DNA of 64,000 bases from Chloroflexota bacterium (GCA_050260015.1 JBLNBN010000046.1:4699-68698), one strand, 5' to 3'; shown: positions 39,390 to 49,876, numbered from the stretch's first letter. Notes: generated from the letters alone by a model not told the origin. Made by a program: numbers and translations.

Positions 39390-42263
39390 TCAATATCTTC
39401 CAAAATTCTTATCTTCAAGGTTGATTTCAGAAGGGCGGTGCGAGCGTTCGCGGGCGCTTTGGGCGTTTTGCGGAAGCGCTTTATTTGCACGGGTATAGGC
39501 TTGCTGCCGGGATTCGCGCTCGTCTTGAGCCAGCCTGAATTGCCCGAGCATTATCTTAAGCTGCTCGGCCTGGCTGGAGAGCTCTTCGGCGGCGGAGGCG
39601 CTTTCCTCGGCGGAAGCCGTGTTCGTCTGCGTGACGCGGTCGATCTGCATCAAGCCCTCGTTTATTTGCGAAATGGCCTGCGCCTGCTCGGAGGAGTGAT
39701 GCGCGATGTCCTTAACGATATTGGCGGAGAGCGCGGCTCCCTCGCGAATCTTTTCAAGGGATTCGCCCGTGGAGTCGACGAACGTCGAGCCGCGTTGGAT
39801 AGTCGAAATGCTATGCTCGATCATAGCGGCAGTTTCCTTGGCGGCGGAGGCGCTACGGGCTGCGAGATTCCGAACCTCCTCGGCGACCACGGCGAAGCCC
39901 TTGCCGTGGCGACCGGCCCTGGCGGCTTCTACGGCGGCGTTTAGCGCGAGCAGGTTCGTCTGGAACGCAATGTCGTCAATTACTTTTATAATTTTAGATA
40001 TGTTCTTGCTGGATTCGGTAATCTCGTTCATCGCCGCGGTCAGCTGCCCCATTTCGTAGTTGCCGCGTTCGGCGGAATCCTTAGCCTCGCCTGTTAAATC
40101 GCTGGCTTTTACGGCGTTCTCGGCGTTGTTCCGGGTTTGGGAGCCAATTTCGGACATAGAGCTAGTTATCTCCTCGAGCGAAGCCGCCTGCTCCGTGGCG
40201 CCCTGCGAGAGCGAGAGCGCGGCGGTGGAGACCTGCTGGCTGCCGCGCGAAACTTCGTCGACGGTAAGCGCGACCTGCGAGAGCAATTCGTTCAGGGAAC
40301 GGATGGTGGAGTTGAGAGCTTCCTTGAGCGCCGCGTGGTCGCCGCGGAAGTCGCTCGTTATCTCTCGCGTAAGGTCGCCTTCGGCCATGCGCATAAGGAC
40401 TTGTACGGATTCCTCGATGGGGGCGAGCATCGCGTCGAGCGTTTTATTCATACCGTCCACGATTTTATTGAATTCGCCTTTATGCGCGTCGGCGTCGGCG
40501 CGGTATTTCATATTGCCCTCGATGGAAGCCTGGGCAAGTTTGTTTACGTCCCCTACGACGGAGCGGACGCTGTCGCGAAGCTGAATTAACCATTTATGTA
40601 TTTGGTCGCGTTCGGAAGCCTTTTCAATGGTTGCGCTCATGTCGCCGTCGGCTATTTTCGTGACGTATTCGATTAGCCCGACGAGCCAACCGTGGACTCC
40701 GTTAACGGCTTCCTGCATCGCTTTGTGGTCGCCCTGCAGGTCGAGCTCGAATCGTTCTGAGAGGTCGCCGCCGCGTATCTTACGCAGCACGCGGTTGCCC
40801 TCGTTAATAGGCTTAAGGATTGAATCGAGCATTTGGTTCATGCCGCCCATAATGATAAGCCAGCCGCCATTGTATTTCGATTCGTCGACGCGAGCGGAGA
40901 GATTGCCCGTTATCGCATGATTTTTCAGCGTTTCAATTTCGCCGATAATTCCATAGAGGATGCCGATAGTTGTGTTGATATTGTTCTTTATGACTGCGTA
41001 TTCGCCCGGGTAATCCTCGGTTATTTGGTTAAGGTCCTCGCCTCGGCTTACCATGCCAATAAAGTTAGCCGCCACGTCGATCGGCTTGACGAGGTTGTCG
41101 AACGTAGAGTTGTAGCCCTCGATTATCCGGCGGAAATCCCCCTTGTGCGCGGAGGCGTCCGCGCGGTATTTTAAGTTGCCCTCCGCGGCCGCTTTCGACA
41201 TATTAAGCCCGTCCTGGACAAGCGCGTTGACCGTAAGGATCATTTGATTCAAATTGTTCTTTATCTCGTTAAATTCGCCGTTGTAGTTCTCGACTATAAC
41301 GTTGGGAATTTCGCCGTGCGATATCTTATCGAGATTATTAGCGGTCATCTTAAGCGGCGTCACGAGCGAATCGAGCGTATTGTTTAACCCGGCTACGAGC
41401 TTTGCGTAGTCTCCCTCGAATTTATGGACGTCGGCGCGTTTATCGAGCTTGCCGGCCGTCGTGGCGTCCGATAGCTCTTTTACCTCGTCGATCAGGCTGC
41501 AGATATTGTCGGACATTTTTCCGAGCGAATTCAAAAGCTGCCCGGTCTCGTCGTTAGCCTTGGCGTTCAATTTGCGCGTAGTGTTGCCCTCCGCGATTTC
41601 GTTTGCGGCGATTATGCAAAGCTCGATTGGCTTTTTGATTGAACGCCCGATAAAGAAAGCTATGAAAAAGGAGATCAAGACGCCGAGCGCCATGGCCCCA
41701 AACATTATATATTCGCTCCTGGCTGCGAGCTCCTGGGACTCCTTGCCGGAAGCCTCCATTAATAGCGCCTGGAAATTTAGCAGGTCGTCGAGAGCGGCTA
41801 TGTATTGGTCCTGTAGCGGCGAAATTTCGTTGTTGATTCTAACGATTGCTTCGGCCGTTTGCCCGTCCACCAGCAACTGAGTAACTTCCTTCCTAACGGT
41901 AACGTATTTGGCGCGAACCTCGTTAAGCCGGGCGAGCAGCTCTTTTCCTCTCTCCGTGTAAATAGTTTTCTCTAAAGCGTCCACGTGCTGCCTTATCGTG
42001 TCGGCGTTTAATTCAACCTGTTTTTTAAGCTCGACTTTCCTGGCGGGATCCTCGACGATGATCATATCGCGCATTTGCAGCATAGCCAACAGCATGTGCT
42101 GGGTTATCTGGTTGACGTGTTGCGTTTTAGGGTACTTGTCGTTGACAGTGTCATCTACTTTCCCATTTAATTTATTGGACATATAGACGGCGATGGAACA
42201 CGCCGCAATGAGGAGAATAGCTACAAGGCTGAACCCGAGATTAAGGCGGGTGGAAATTTTCAT
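39390..42263 (-). CDS. Methyl-accepting chemotaxis protein with N-terminal four-helix-bundle sensor and an array of about five canonical HAMP domains alternating with divergent HAMP-like linkers (poly-HAMP)
   Basis: 957 aa. Repeated P-[IL]...G[DE]...G[ED][FY]..IK/L..N motifs. MCP signalling domain with FQTNLLALNAAVEAARAG. Internal nucleotide-level repeats are also visible. Confidence 0.8.
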   Translation of the reverse strand: MKISTRLNLGFSLVAILLIAACSIAVYMSNKLNGKVDDTVNDKYPKTQHVNQITQHMLLAMLQMRDMIIVEDPARKVELKKQVELNADTIRQHVDALEKTIYTERGKELLARLNEVRAKYVTVRKEVTQLLVDGQTAEAIVRINNEISPLQDQYIAALDDLLNFQALLMEASGKESQELAARSEYIMFGAMALGVLISFFIAFFIGRSIKKPIELCIIAANEIAEGNTTRKLNAKANDETGQLLNSLGKMSDNICSLIDEVKELSDATTAGKLDKRADVHKFEGDYAKLVAGLNNTLDSLVTPLKMTANNLDKISHGEIPNVIVENYNGEFNEIKNNLNQMILTVNALVQDGLNMSKAAAEGNLKYRADASAHKGDFRRIIEGYNSTFDNLVKPIDVAANFIGMVSRGEDLNQITEDYPGEYAVIKNNINTTIGILYGIIGEIETLKNHAITGNLSARVDESKYNGGWLIIMGGMNQMLDSILKPINEGNRVLRKIRGGDLSERFELDLQGDHKAMQEAVNGVHGWLVGLIEYVTKIADGDMSATIEKASERDQIHKWLIQLRDSVRSVVGDVNKLAQASIEGNMKYRADADAHKGEFNKIVDGMNKTLDAMLAPIEESVQVLMRMAEGDLTREITSDFRGDHAALKEALNSTIRSLNELLSQVALTVDEVSRGSQQVSTAALSLSQGATEQAASLEEITSSMSEIGSQTRNNAENAVKASDLTGEAKDSAERGNYEMGQLTAAMNEITESSKNISKIIKVIDDIAFQTNLLALNAAVEAARAGRHGKGFAVVAEEVRNLAARSASAAKETAAMIEHSISTIQRGSTFVDSTGESLEKIREGAALSANIVKDIAHHSSEQAQAISQINEGLMQIDRVTQTNTASAEESASAAEELSSQAEQLKIMLGQFRLAQDERESRQQAYTRANKALPQNAQSARERSHRPSEINLEDKNFGRY

Positions 42264-42428
42264 ACTAAACGTCCTTTTAGTAAAAGGTAAATAAATATTT
42301 CGACAACACTAATAATCATATTTTGCAATAACGACAATATCGGCAATAAATTGATTAAATTTATTATGTAAATCGAATTAATATTGCATAATATGGTAAG
42401 CTTGCCAGTATTAATAAACGGTAAGATA

Positions 42429-43679
42429 CTATAAATACAAACCGGCTATAACGGCCGTCATCAGGTTAGCTAAAGCTCCTATTGTCATGGCCTTTAAGCC
42501 GAGCTGGGCTATTTCCGTCTTTTTATCGGGGACCATCGCGCCAAGCCCGCCAATTTGTATGGCGATCGAGGAAAAATTAGCGAAACCGCAGAGCGCGAAG
42601 GTTGCTATACGGGCGGTTCGTTCGCTTATCGCTCCGGATTGGATCATTTTTGCCAGGTCGGCGTAAGCGACGAATTCGTTAAGGGCTATTTTTTGACCGA
42701 CGAGCGCCCCGAACGTCCTTGCTTCGTTGGCCGGGATGTTCGCTATATAGGCGAAGGGCTGGAAGATATAGCCCAAAAGCTCGGCGAGGCTCGAGGGCAG
42801 CCATGGGAAGCCGATGGGGGTTAGCCAGGCGTCGAGCGAACGGAAACCGGCGTCGAGCAGGGCTATCAATGAAATAAAGGCTATGAGCATCGCGATAATA
42901 TTAAGAACGAGCTTAAGGCCGTCCGCGGCGCCGTCTGTAATGGCTACCAGCACGTTGTCCGCGCGGGGTAGGTCGATATGCTTTATCTCTTCCGTCGTCG
43001 TGTCGGTCGCAGTCGGCGGCACGGCTATCTTCGAGAGCATCAGCCCCGTCGGAGCCGCAATTACGCTCGCCGCTATCAACGTTTCCGCGGAAATGCCCAT
43101 GGAGATATATGCGGCCATCACGCCGCCTGCGATAGTGCAGAACCCGCCGACCATTACGGCGCAAACCTCCGAGCGCGAGGCGTACGGAAGGTACTTGCGT
43201 ATGAGAAGCGGGGCCTCCGTCTGCCCTAAAAATACGTTCGCCGAAGCGTTGAGCGACTCCACGCCGCTCGTGCCCATAGTCTTTTCCATTACCCATGCCA
43301 TCGCGTAGACTATGCGCTGCATTATGCCGTAATGATAAAGTATAGAAATGAACGAGGAGAAGAAGACGATAGTGACGAGCACGATGGCTGCGAACTGAAA
43401 GCCGAAGGTCCCGGAAAAGCCCGGGTTGAGAAGGTTGCCGAACAGGAAGTCGGCGCTTTTATATCCATAATTCAGAAAGGTCGTTACTTTATCGCCTATC
43501 CACTGGAATATGCCCACGCCTGCGGGCACGTAAAGTATAAATGTGGCGGCGGCAAATTGAAGGGCAAGCCCGAAGATGACGATGCGGAATGGGAATGCCC
43601 TGCGATTTTCCGAGATCAGCCAGCAGACGAATAAAATTAAAATGACGCCGAGCGCGCCGAGGAGCTTTGATGCGAACAT
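42429..43679 (-). CDS. nupC: Concentrative nucleoside transporter (NupC/CNT family)
   Basis: 416 aa polytopic membrane protein. Family call is by resemblance to NupC/CNT transporters, not by a named motif. Confidence 0.7.
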   Translation of the reverse strand: MFASKLLGALGVILILFVCWLISENRRAFPFRIVIFGLALQFAAATFILYVPAGVGIFQWIGDKVTTFLNYGYKSADFLFGNLLNPGFSGTFGFQFAAIVLVTIVFFSSFISILYHYGIMQRIVYAMAWVMEKTMGTSGVESLNASANVFLGQTEAPLLIRKYLPYASRSEVCAVMVGGFCTIAGGVMAAYISMGISAETLIAASVIAAPTGLMLSKIAVPPTATDTTTEEIKHIDLPRADNVLVAITDGAADGLKLVLNIIAMLIAFISLIALLDAGFRSLDAWLTPIGFPWLPSSLAELLGYIFQPFAYIANIPANEARTFGALVGQKIALNEFVAYADLAKMIQSGAISERTARIATFALCGFANFSSIAIQIGGLGAMVPDKKTEIAQLGLKAMTIGALANLMTAVIAGLYL

Positions 43680-43887
43680 ATATATTTTACTCTTTCATTG
43701 TTATTGCAGACGCGGTAATTTAACCAAAACGGAATTAATAAAAAAGGGAAGTTTTTTCATTGGCTTAGGGCGCTCGAAGCGCCGTTTGCCGGCGTTAATA
43801 AAATTATTAGCGGAAATTTATAAAAAAATTATATTTTGCGTAATAGCGGGAATTGAACTATCTAATATTAATATATGGGGAGATATT

Positions 43888-46800
43888 ATGCGGAAAGGTT
43901 TATACTTATTAGCGGCGTTATTTCTCATTCCTTCGATAGCTTTTTCCCAGGGCGTGACGACGGCGGCGATGAACGGCCTGGTAGCCGACGACGTCGGGAA
44001 GCCCCTGGCCGGCGCGACTGTGCAGGCGACTCATATCCCGACCGGGACGCGCTCGGGCGCGGTTACTAATTCCGCCGGAAGGTACAACATACGCGGGCTG
44101 CGGCCCGGGGGACCGTACTCGGTGGTCGTTACTATGGTTGGGTTTGCACGGCAGCAAAAGGATAATATAATGCTCTCGCTCGACGAAAACTTAAAGCTCG
44201 ACTTTACGCTAACGGAGAGCGGGGTGCAGCTGCAGGCCGTAACGGTGACCGCTACCCGCAGCGACGTGATCAACACCAACCGCACAGGTTCGGCGCAGCT
44301 TATCGCTCAATCGGAAATTGAGAGCCTGCCAACGATAGCGCGCTCCCTTCACGATTACTCCCGGCTTTCCCCGCAGATCATTTCATCGACTTCCGAGGGG
44401 TCGAACGTCTCCGGCAGGAACAGCAAATACAACAACATACAGGTGGACGGCGCCGTAATGAGCGACGCGTTCGGGCTGAACACCAGCGGAACTCCCGGCG
44501 GAGCGGCTAACGCCGAGCCTATTTCGCTCGACGCCATCCAGGAATTCCAGGTGGCGATCGCCCCGTTCGACGTGCGGCAGGGCGGCTTTACCGGGGGGCT
44601 CATAAACGCTATAACGCGCGGAGGCACGAATTTCTACCACGGCTCGGCCTACGTCTTCCGCCGCGACGAGAGCTTAATCGCTAAAAGCCCGGTGGAAAGC
44701 TGGGACGTACGCGACCGGAACGGCAACGGGATTATTGAAAAATCGGATTCTATAAAAAAGCGGGCGCCCTACCCCGACTTTGACGAAACTACCGTAGGCG
44801 GCTCGGTCGGAGGAAAAATTATAGCCGACAAGCTGTTCTTCTTCGCCAACGGCGAATACCGCGGACGCAGCGATCCGCAGGTCCTGGGAATTCAGGACCC
44901 GGCGGCCGCCAATAACTTCGACGTGCCGTTGGACTCAATACGGGCGATACAGGCGATAGCGCGAAATACGTATAATTACGACCCGGGCAGCATTGACCCC
45001 TATACGCGTACGAGCGGCGACGTAAAGCTTTTTATGAGATTGGACTATAATTTATCGAATCGTCATCGACTTACTCTTCGGCACAACTACGTCGACGCAC
45101 GGCAGGACAACTCCGTGACGCGCTCGCGGTTCTTCTTCTCCTTCGAAGGGCAGGAATACGTCTATCGCAGCAGGCAGAACCAGAGCGTGCTGCAGCTAAA
45201 CAGCGTCTTCGGCCATGAATTTGCAAATGAGTTCAGGGCGGCGGCGACCTTCATTCGCGATAAGCGCGACTATCAATCCAACCCCTTCCCCGCGGTAACT
45301 ATCCAAAACCTTGGCGACGACGCGCGCTATAGCATAGGGCTAGGCGTGGATAGATTCTCGCAGGCAAACGCGATCGACCAGGATATAATTGAAATTACCG
45401 ACAATTTTACCTGGTTCGCCGGCAATTTCCACGGGGACCACGTAGTAACGCTCGGCACGACTAACCAATTCGTAACGTTCGATAACTTGTTCGCCCAGGA
45501 TATATTCGGCAGCTACACGTTCGCAAGCGTCGAGGACTTCGCCGCCGGCAAGCCCTCCTCCTACTCCCTAAGCTACCTGCGCGATGGCGGCAAGCCGCGC
45601 GCCAAGTACGGCTACGCCCAGCTGGCCTTCTACGCGCAGGACGAGTGGGGCATCCTCGACAACTTTAGATTGACGTTTGGCGTCAGGGGCGACATTTTTA
45701 CCTTTAACGATACCCCGACGGAAAACCCGACGTTCGCTCAATTCTTCCCCGGTCTGCATACGAGCGAAATGCCCTCCCCGGCCTCGGTCTCGCCTCGAAT
45801 GGGCTTTAACTGGGACGTTCGCGGCGACAAAACGCTGCAGGCCCGCGGCGGAGTCGGCTACTTTGCCGGACGTACTCCCGGCGTTTGGATAGGCAATCAA
45901 TTCTCCAATACGGGCATGGATTACTATAGAATCAACCTTGGCTCGCGGGACAAATTGCCTCAGTTCAATCCTGACCCATACCGCCAGCCCACCCAGGAAA
46001 CCGATTCGACGCTGAAGCTCGTAAAGACGACGGAAGTCAACATAACCGACCCGGATTTCCAAATGCCCCAGTTGCTTCGCGCGGACGTTGCGGCGGACTA
46101 TCAATTGTCGCCTGGATTCTATGCTACGGTCGAATTCATTTACGGCAAGACGATCTACGACGTTTTAATAAAGAACGTCAACCTGCTGCCAATGACCGCT
46201 CCGGGCGGCGGGCGGCTCGTCAGCATCGACGGCAGGCCGATGTACAACGGTAAGAATACCGTCAGCTCGAACGACTTCACCGGCGTTTACGAGCTGACCA
46301 ATTCCCGGAAGGGCTACCAAAGCTCCGTCTCGATCCAGCTTCAAAAGCCTTTCAGGCAGGGTTTTCTTCCCGAGATGAGCCTGAACTTCGCTTACGTTTA
46401 CAGCCAGGCGAAGGACGTCAACAGCGCGACTTCGAGCCGCGCTGTGTCGAATTGGCAGTTCAACCACGTCGTTGACCCCAACGATCCCGAACTCTCGACT
46501 TCCCTCTTCGAAATACCTCATCGCATCATGGGCTCCATCGCTTATCAGTTTAAATACGGGGAAAATTGGTTCGGCGGGGACGCCTGGGCGACGACCCTGG
46601 GGCTTTACTACGAGGGCCGAAGCGGCTCGCCGTACTCCTTCCTCTATTACACGCGCTCCAATTACAAGTTCGCGAGCGCGCCCGTCCAGGACGCCAACGT
46701 GCGCGACGCGAACAACGACGACATCTGGGGCAACGACCTGGTTTACATACCAACCGGGCCGCAGGACGATAAAGTAATACTCGTGGCCCCGGACGAAGCC

Positions 46801-47217
46801 AATCCCGGCGCATGGACGTCCCAAGCGGGCTGGGCCGAGCTTGAAAGCTTCCTGAACAGCGTCGACGGGCTCGAGCGCGGCAGGATAATGAAGAGATTCT
46901 CGCTGCGGCAGCCCTGGCGCGACCAACTGGACTTCCGGCTCACCCAGGACATACCGACAGTAAAGGGGCAGAAATTCCAGGTAACGCTCGACGTGATGAA
47001 CGTTTTGAACTTGCTCGACAAGGACTGGGGCAAGCAGAAGTACGTTAGCAACTCCGCGTACTCGCTATTCGAGTTCCGCGGTTACGATCGCGACACGGGC
47101 CGGATGCGCATCGCCTACGTTCCAAACTCGCGCGGCAATACCGAGGACGATATATTCGAAACGAGCGACTTCTGGTCCCGCTGGCAGATGCAGCTCGGGC
47201 TGCGCTACACGTTTTAA
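43888..47217 (+). CDS. TonB-dependent outer-membrane receptor with N-terminal carboxypeptidase-regulatory-like domain
   Basis: Signal peptide MRKGLYLLAALFLIPSIAFSQ. True start at 43888 preceded by GGGGAG. The track ORF from 43576 is an artefactual extension over nupC. Plug plus about 1000-aa barrel, C-terminal RYTF. Confidence 0.8.
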   Translation: MRKGLYLLAALFLIPSIAFSQGVTTAAMNGLVADDVGKPLAGATVQATHIPTGTRSGAVTNSAGRYNIRGLRPGGPYSVVVTMVGFARQQKDNIMLSLDENLKLDFTLTESGVQLQAVTVTATRSDVINTNRTGSAQLIAQSEIESLPTIARSLHDYSRLSPQIISSTSEGSNVSGRNSKYNNIQVDGAVMSDAFGLNTSGTPGGAANAEPISLDAIQEFQVAIAPFDVRQGGFTGGLINAITRGGTNFYHGSAYVFRRDESLIAKSPVESWDVRDRNGNGIIEKSDSIKKRAPYPDFDETTVGGSVGGKIIADKLFFFANGEYRGRSDPQVLGIQDPAAANNFDVPLDSIRAIQAIARNTYNYDPGSIDPYTRTSGDVKLFMRLDYNLSNRHRLTLRHNYVDARQDNSVTRSRFFFSFEGQEYVYRSRQNQSVLQLNSVFGHEFANEFRAAATFIRDKRDYQSNPFPAVTIQNLGDDARYSIGLGVDRFSQANAIDQDIIEITDNFTWFAGNFHGDHVVTLGTTNQFVTFDNLFAQDIFGSYTFASVEDFAAGKPSSYSLSYLRDGGKPRAKYGYAQLAFYAQDEWGILDNFRLTFGVRGDIFTFNDTPTENPTFAQFFPGLHTSEMPSPASVSPRMGFNWDVRGDKTLQARGGVGYFAGRTPGVWIGNQFSNTGMDYYRINLGSRDKLPQFNPDPYRQPTQETDSTLKLVKTTEVNITDPDFQMPQLLRADVAADYQLSPGFYATVEFIYGKTIYDVLIKNVNLLPMTAPGGGRLVSIDGRPMYNGKNTVSSNDFTGVYELTNSRKGYQSSVSIQLQKPFRQGFLPEMSLNFAYVYSQAKDVNSATSSRAVSNWQFNHVVDPNDPELSTSLFEIPHRIMGSIAYQFKYGENWFGGDAWATTLGLYYEGRSGSPYSFLYYTRSNYKFASAPVQDANVRDANNDDIWGNDLVYIPTGPQDDKVILVAPDEANPGAWTSQAGWAELESFLNSVDGLERGRIMKRFSLRQPWRDQLDFRLTQDIPTVKGQKFQVTLDVMNVLNLLDKDWGKQKYVSNSAYSLFEFRGYDRDTGRMRIAYVPNSRGNTEDDIFETSDFWSRWQMQLGLRYTF

Positions 47218-47236
47218 CCGATAGCGTTTTTAAAAT

Positions 47237-47271
47237 TATCCGGCGGAGAGGGCAGTCTTTGCCGGATTTTT
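47237..47271 (+). terminator. Terminator hairpin (ATCCGGC...GCCGGAT + TTTTATTTG) after the TonB-dependent receptor gene
   Basis: Inverted repeat followed by a T run. Confidence 0.55.
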
Positions 47272-47357
47272 ATTTGCTTGCCGCGCTGTAATTTTTTTTC
47301 TTTCAGTTTGATTATTATTTTACCGATATAATCAATTACCAAACGAGAAGAGAAAAA

Positions 47358-47852
47358 ATGACCGAAAAGAAACCGATAGTTGGAATAATAATGGGCAGCG
47401 ACAGCGATCTGCCTACGATGCGGCAGGCGGCGGACGTAATGGAAGAATTTGGGATCGCTTACGAAATTAAGGTGGTTTCCGCGCATCGCACGCCGGACGA
47501 CATGGCCGACTACGGCCGCACGGCCCACGAGCGCGGGCTAAAAGTAGTTATAGCGGGAGCGGGCGGGGCGGCGCATTTGCCGGGCATGACCGCCGCGCAT
47601 ACCCCGCTGCCGGTTATCGGGGTGCCCGTGCAATCGCGAGCCCTCTCCGGGGTCGATTCCCTCTACTCGATCGCGCAAATGCCCCCCGGAGTACCTGTGG
47701 CGACGGTAGCTATCGGCGCCGGGAAAAACGCCGGGTTGCTTGCTGTGCAGATCCTCGCGGCATCCGACGCAGTCCTGCTTGCGAGGATGATAGATTACAA
47801 AAAGCGCATTGCGGAGGAATCGCGCGCAAAGAATCCGCTAATCTTAGAATAG
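47358..47852 (+). CDS. purE: N5-carboxyaminoimidazole ribonucleotide mutase PurE
   Basis: 164 aa. [15 protein letters not shown] and [14 protein letters not shown] motifs. Confidence 0.9.
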   Translation: MTEKKPIVGIIMGSDSDLPTMRQAADVMEEFGIAYEIKVVSAHRTPDDMADYGRTAHERGLKVVIAGAGGAAHLPGMTAAHTPLPVIGVPVQSRALSGVDSLYSIAQMPPGVPVATVAIGAGKNAGLLAVQILAASDAVLLARMIDYKKRIAEESRAKNPLILE

Positions 47853-48046
47853 CGCAATTTTAAAATTGCAAATTTCATTTAGATTAATTTTTGCTTAAAG
47901 TTCGTCTAAGATAGATATTAAGGCATTTTCCGTTGCATAAATAATTAACCGCCAACCTAATGAACGGCTATTTTAGCTAATTTTGTCTTTTTTTTCGGGA
48001 CAACGGGCGGAAAATGGGCGAGAATACAAACAAGAGGAGCGATTAT

Positions 48047-48724
48047 ATGAAGATCATCTTTTTGGGACCTCCGGGCGCGGGCAAGGGGACGCAATCCGAG
48101 GCGATATGCAAGGAATACGGGGTCACCCAACTTTCGACCGGAAATCTCTTGAGGGACAACATTCGCCAGGGCACCCCGCTTGGTAAGGAAGCCTCGAAGT
48201 ATATCGGGGGCGGCAACCTTGTGCCGGACGAAATTATAATTAATATTATCCGCGAGGAGCTTCGCAAGCCCTACCTTTCTAAGGGATATATACTTGACGG
48301 CTACCCGCGCACTGTGCGCCAGGCCGAGGAGCTTGACGACATCTTAAAAGAGTACGACCAGACGCTCGACGTAGCGCTCGTGCTCGAAGTGGACGTTCCC
48401 GATCTAGTGAGTCGGTTGGCCGGCAGAAGAACCTGCCGCAACTGCGGGCGCAGTTTCCACATCGTCTTCAATCCGCCTATCGATCCCGACGATTGCGAGA
48501 TCGGCGGATGCGACATCTACCAGCGGCCCGACGACAGCGAAGAAGCCGTAAAGAATCGCCTTCGTATTTATGAAGAAATGACTAAACCGCTAATTGAATA
48601 CTACGAGCAGAAAAAGCTGTTGCGGCGCATCGACGGAGCCGGCGAAATGGCGGAAGTTTACAAGAGGATTAAGGACGTTCTCGATCCGATTTACTATAAT
48701 TCTTTGAATTACCACCCAATATAA
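48047..48724 (+). CDS. adk: Adenylate kinase (long form with Cys-rich lid)
   Basis: MKIIFLGPPGAGKGTQ P-loop. AGGAG RBS 8 nt upstream of 48047; the track start at 48014 is a spurious extension. Confidence 0.9.
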   Translation: MKIIFLGPPGAGKGTQSEAICKEYGVTQLSTGNLLRDNIRQGTPLGKEASKYIGGGNLVPDEIIINIIREELRKPYLSKGYILDGYPRTVRQAEELDDILKEYDQTLDVALVLEVDVPDLVSRLAGRRTCRNCGRSFHIVFNPPIDPDDCEIGGCDIYQRPDDSEEAVKNRLRIYEEMTKPLIEYYEQKKLLRRIDGAGEMAEVYKRIKDVLDPIYYNSLNYHPI

Positions 48725-48731
48725 AATAAAC

Positions 48732-49307
48732 ATGAAAATAGCGGTATTCGCCTCGCATGGCGGATCGAATATGCAAGCGATAATAGACGCTATAAAGGAA
48801 GGCAGGCTTCAGGCTGAGGTCTGCCTTGTCATATCCAACAACTCCTCCTCTATGGCCCTCGAGCGCGCCCGCAACGAAGGCATCCCCTGCGCGCACATGA
48901 GTTCGAAAACTCATGGCGAACTGCTCGACGAAGCTATACTTGACGCTCTTCGTGCCGCCGCCGCTGATTTAATCGTATTGGCCGGCTACATGAAAAAGCT
49001 TTCCCCCGCCATTGTTCGCGAATACGCCGGCAGGATACTTAACATTCACCCGGCGCTGCTGCCCAAGTTCGGCGGCGAGGGAATGTACGGCATGCGCGTG
49101 CACGAAGCCGTTATCGCCGCCGGCGAGACTAAGAGCGGCGCGACCGTCCACTTCGTCGACGAGGAATTCGATCGCGGCGAGATCCTCCTCCAGCGCGAAG
49201 TCCCCGTCTACCCTACCGACACGCCCGAAACGCTGGCCGCCCGCGTCCTCGAGGTAGAGCACCAAATATACCCCGAAGCCATAGGGCGGTTGATTAGTAA
49301 TGGTTAA
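48732..49307 (+). CDS. purN: Phosphoribosylglycinamide formyltransferase PurN
   Basis: 191 aa. SNMQAII and NIHPALLP formyltransferase motifs. Confidence 0.85.
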   Translation: MKIAVFASHGGSNMQAIIDAIKEGRLQAEVCLVISNNSSSMALERARNEGIPCAHMSSKTHGELLDEAILDALRAAAADLIVLAGYMKKLSPAIVREYAGRILNIHPALLPKFGGEGMYGMRVHEAVIAAGETKSGATVHFVDEEFDRGEILLQREVPVYPTDTPETLAARVLEVEHQIYPEAIGRLISNG

Positions 49308-49371
49308 TGGTTAATGGTAAATGGTTAATTAACGGTATAATTATTGATTGATCAGAGAGATATCAAATACC

Positions 49372-49835
49372 ATCACGACATCAAAATGTGATACCGCGTT
49401 AGCGGTTGAACATCTGTAATGAAACGCCCAAACGCGAGATGTACCCCGTAGGGGTTCAACAGAGGGTAACTTTTAGAGCATTAACGGCATGCAAATTGAT
49501 AAAACTAAATGATATAGAAAAATTGTGTTCCAAGAATATTCTGCATGTTCCTTATAAACAAATTTATATTTTTTACCGCGTAGCGGTTGAACATCTGTAA
49601 CATAACGCCCAAGATCGAAATGTACCCCGTAGGGGTTCAACGGAGGGTAACGATTGGACTTCTAACGGCATGCATATTGATAAAACCAAATGGTATAATC
49701 AAAATTATATTGTAGAATTATTCCGTACTTATCTTACACAAAAGTTTAAACGTTTTTTACCGCGTAGCGGTTGAACATCTGTAACATAACGCCCAAGATC
49801 GAAATGTACCCCGTAGGGGTTCAATAAAAGAGCTA
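49372..49835 (+). repeat. Array of about 2.5 tandem ~182-bp units, each carrying a doublet of REP-like hairpins (TA-CCGCGTAGCGG-TTGAAC ... GTA-CCCCGTAGGGG-TTCAAC)
   Basis: Units start at 49393, 49574 and 49758. The hairpins are short GC palindromes with a conserved TT(G/C)AAC tail. Confidence 0.8.
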
Positions 49836-49876
49836 TAAACAGAATCCACTAATATTTATAAAATTAGGATGGCTTT

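Noticed and set aside
39438-42186. Series of plus-strand ORFs (up to 176 aa) opposite the MCP gene
   Set aside because: Antisense to a gene with unmistakable HAMP and MCP motifs. The repetitive nature of that gene creates open antisense frames.
43576-43887. N-terminal 104-codon extension of the TonB-dependent receptor ORF in the six-frame track
   Set aside because: The extension overlaps the nupC coding region on the opposite strand and precedes a clean signal peptide whose Met at 43888 follows a GGGGAG RBS. The true start is 43888.
49372-49835. Whether the periodic repeats (about 182-bp units) could be a CRISPR array
   Set aside because: The repeat part is about 125 nt and internally composed of two palindromic REP hairpins. 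The 'spacers' are partly conserved between units and of the wrong size. No cas genes are present. The adjacent gene is a RAYT-type transposase, so these are REP/BIME elements.
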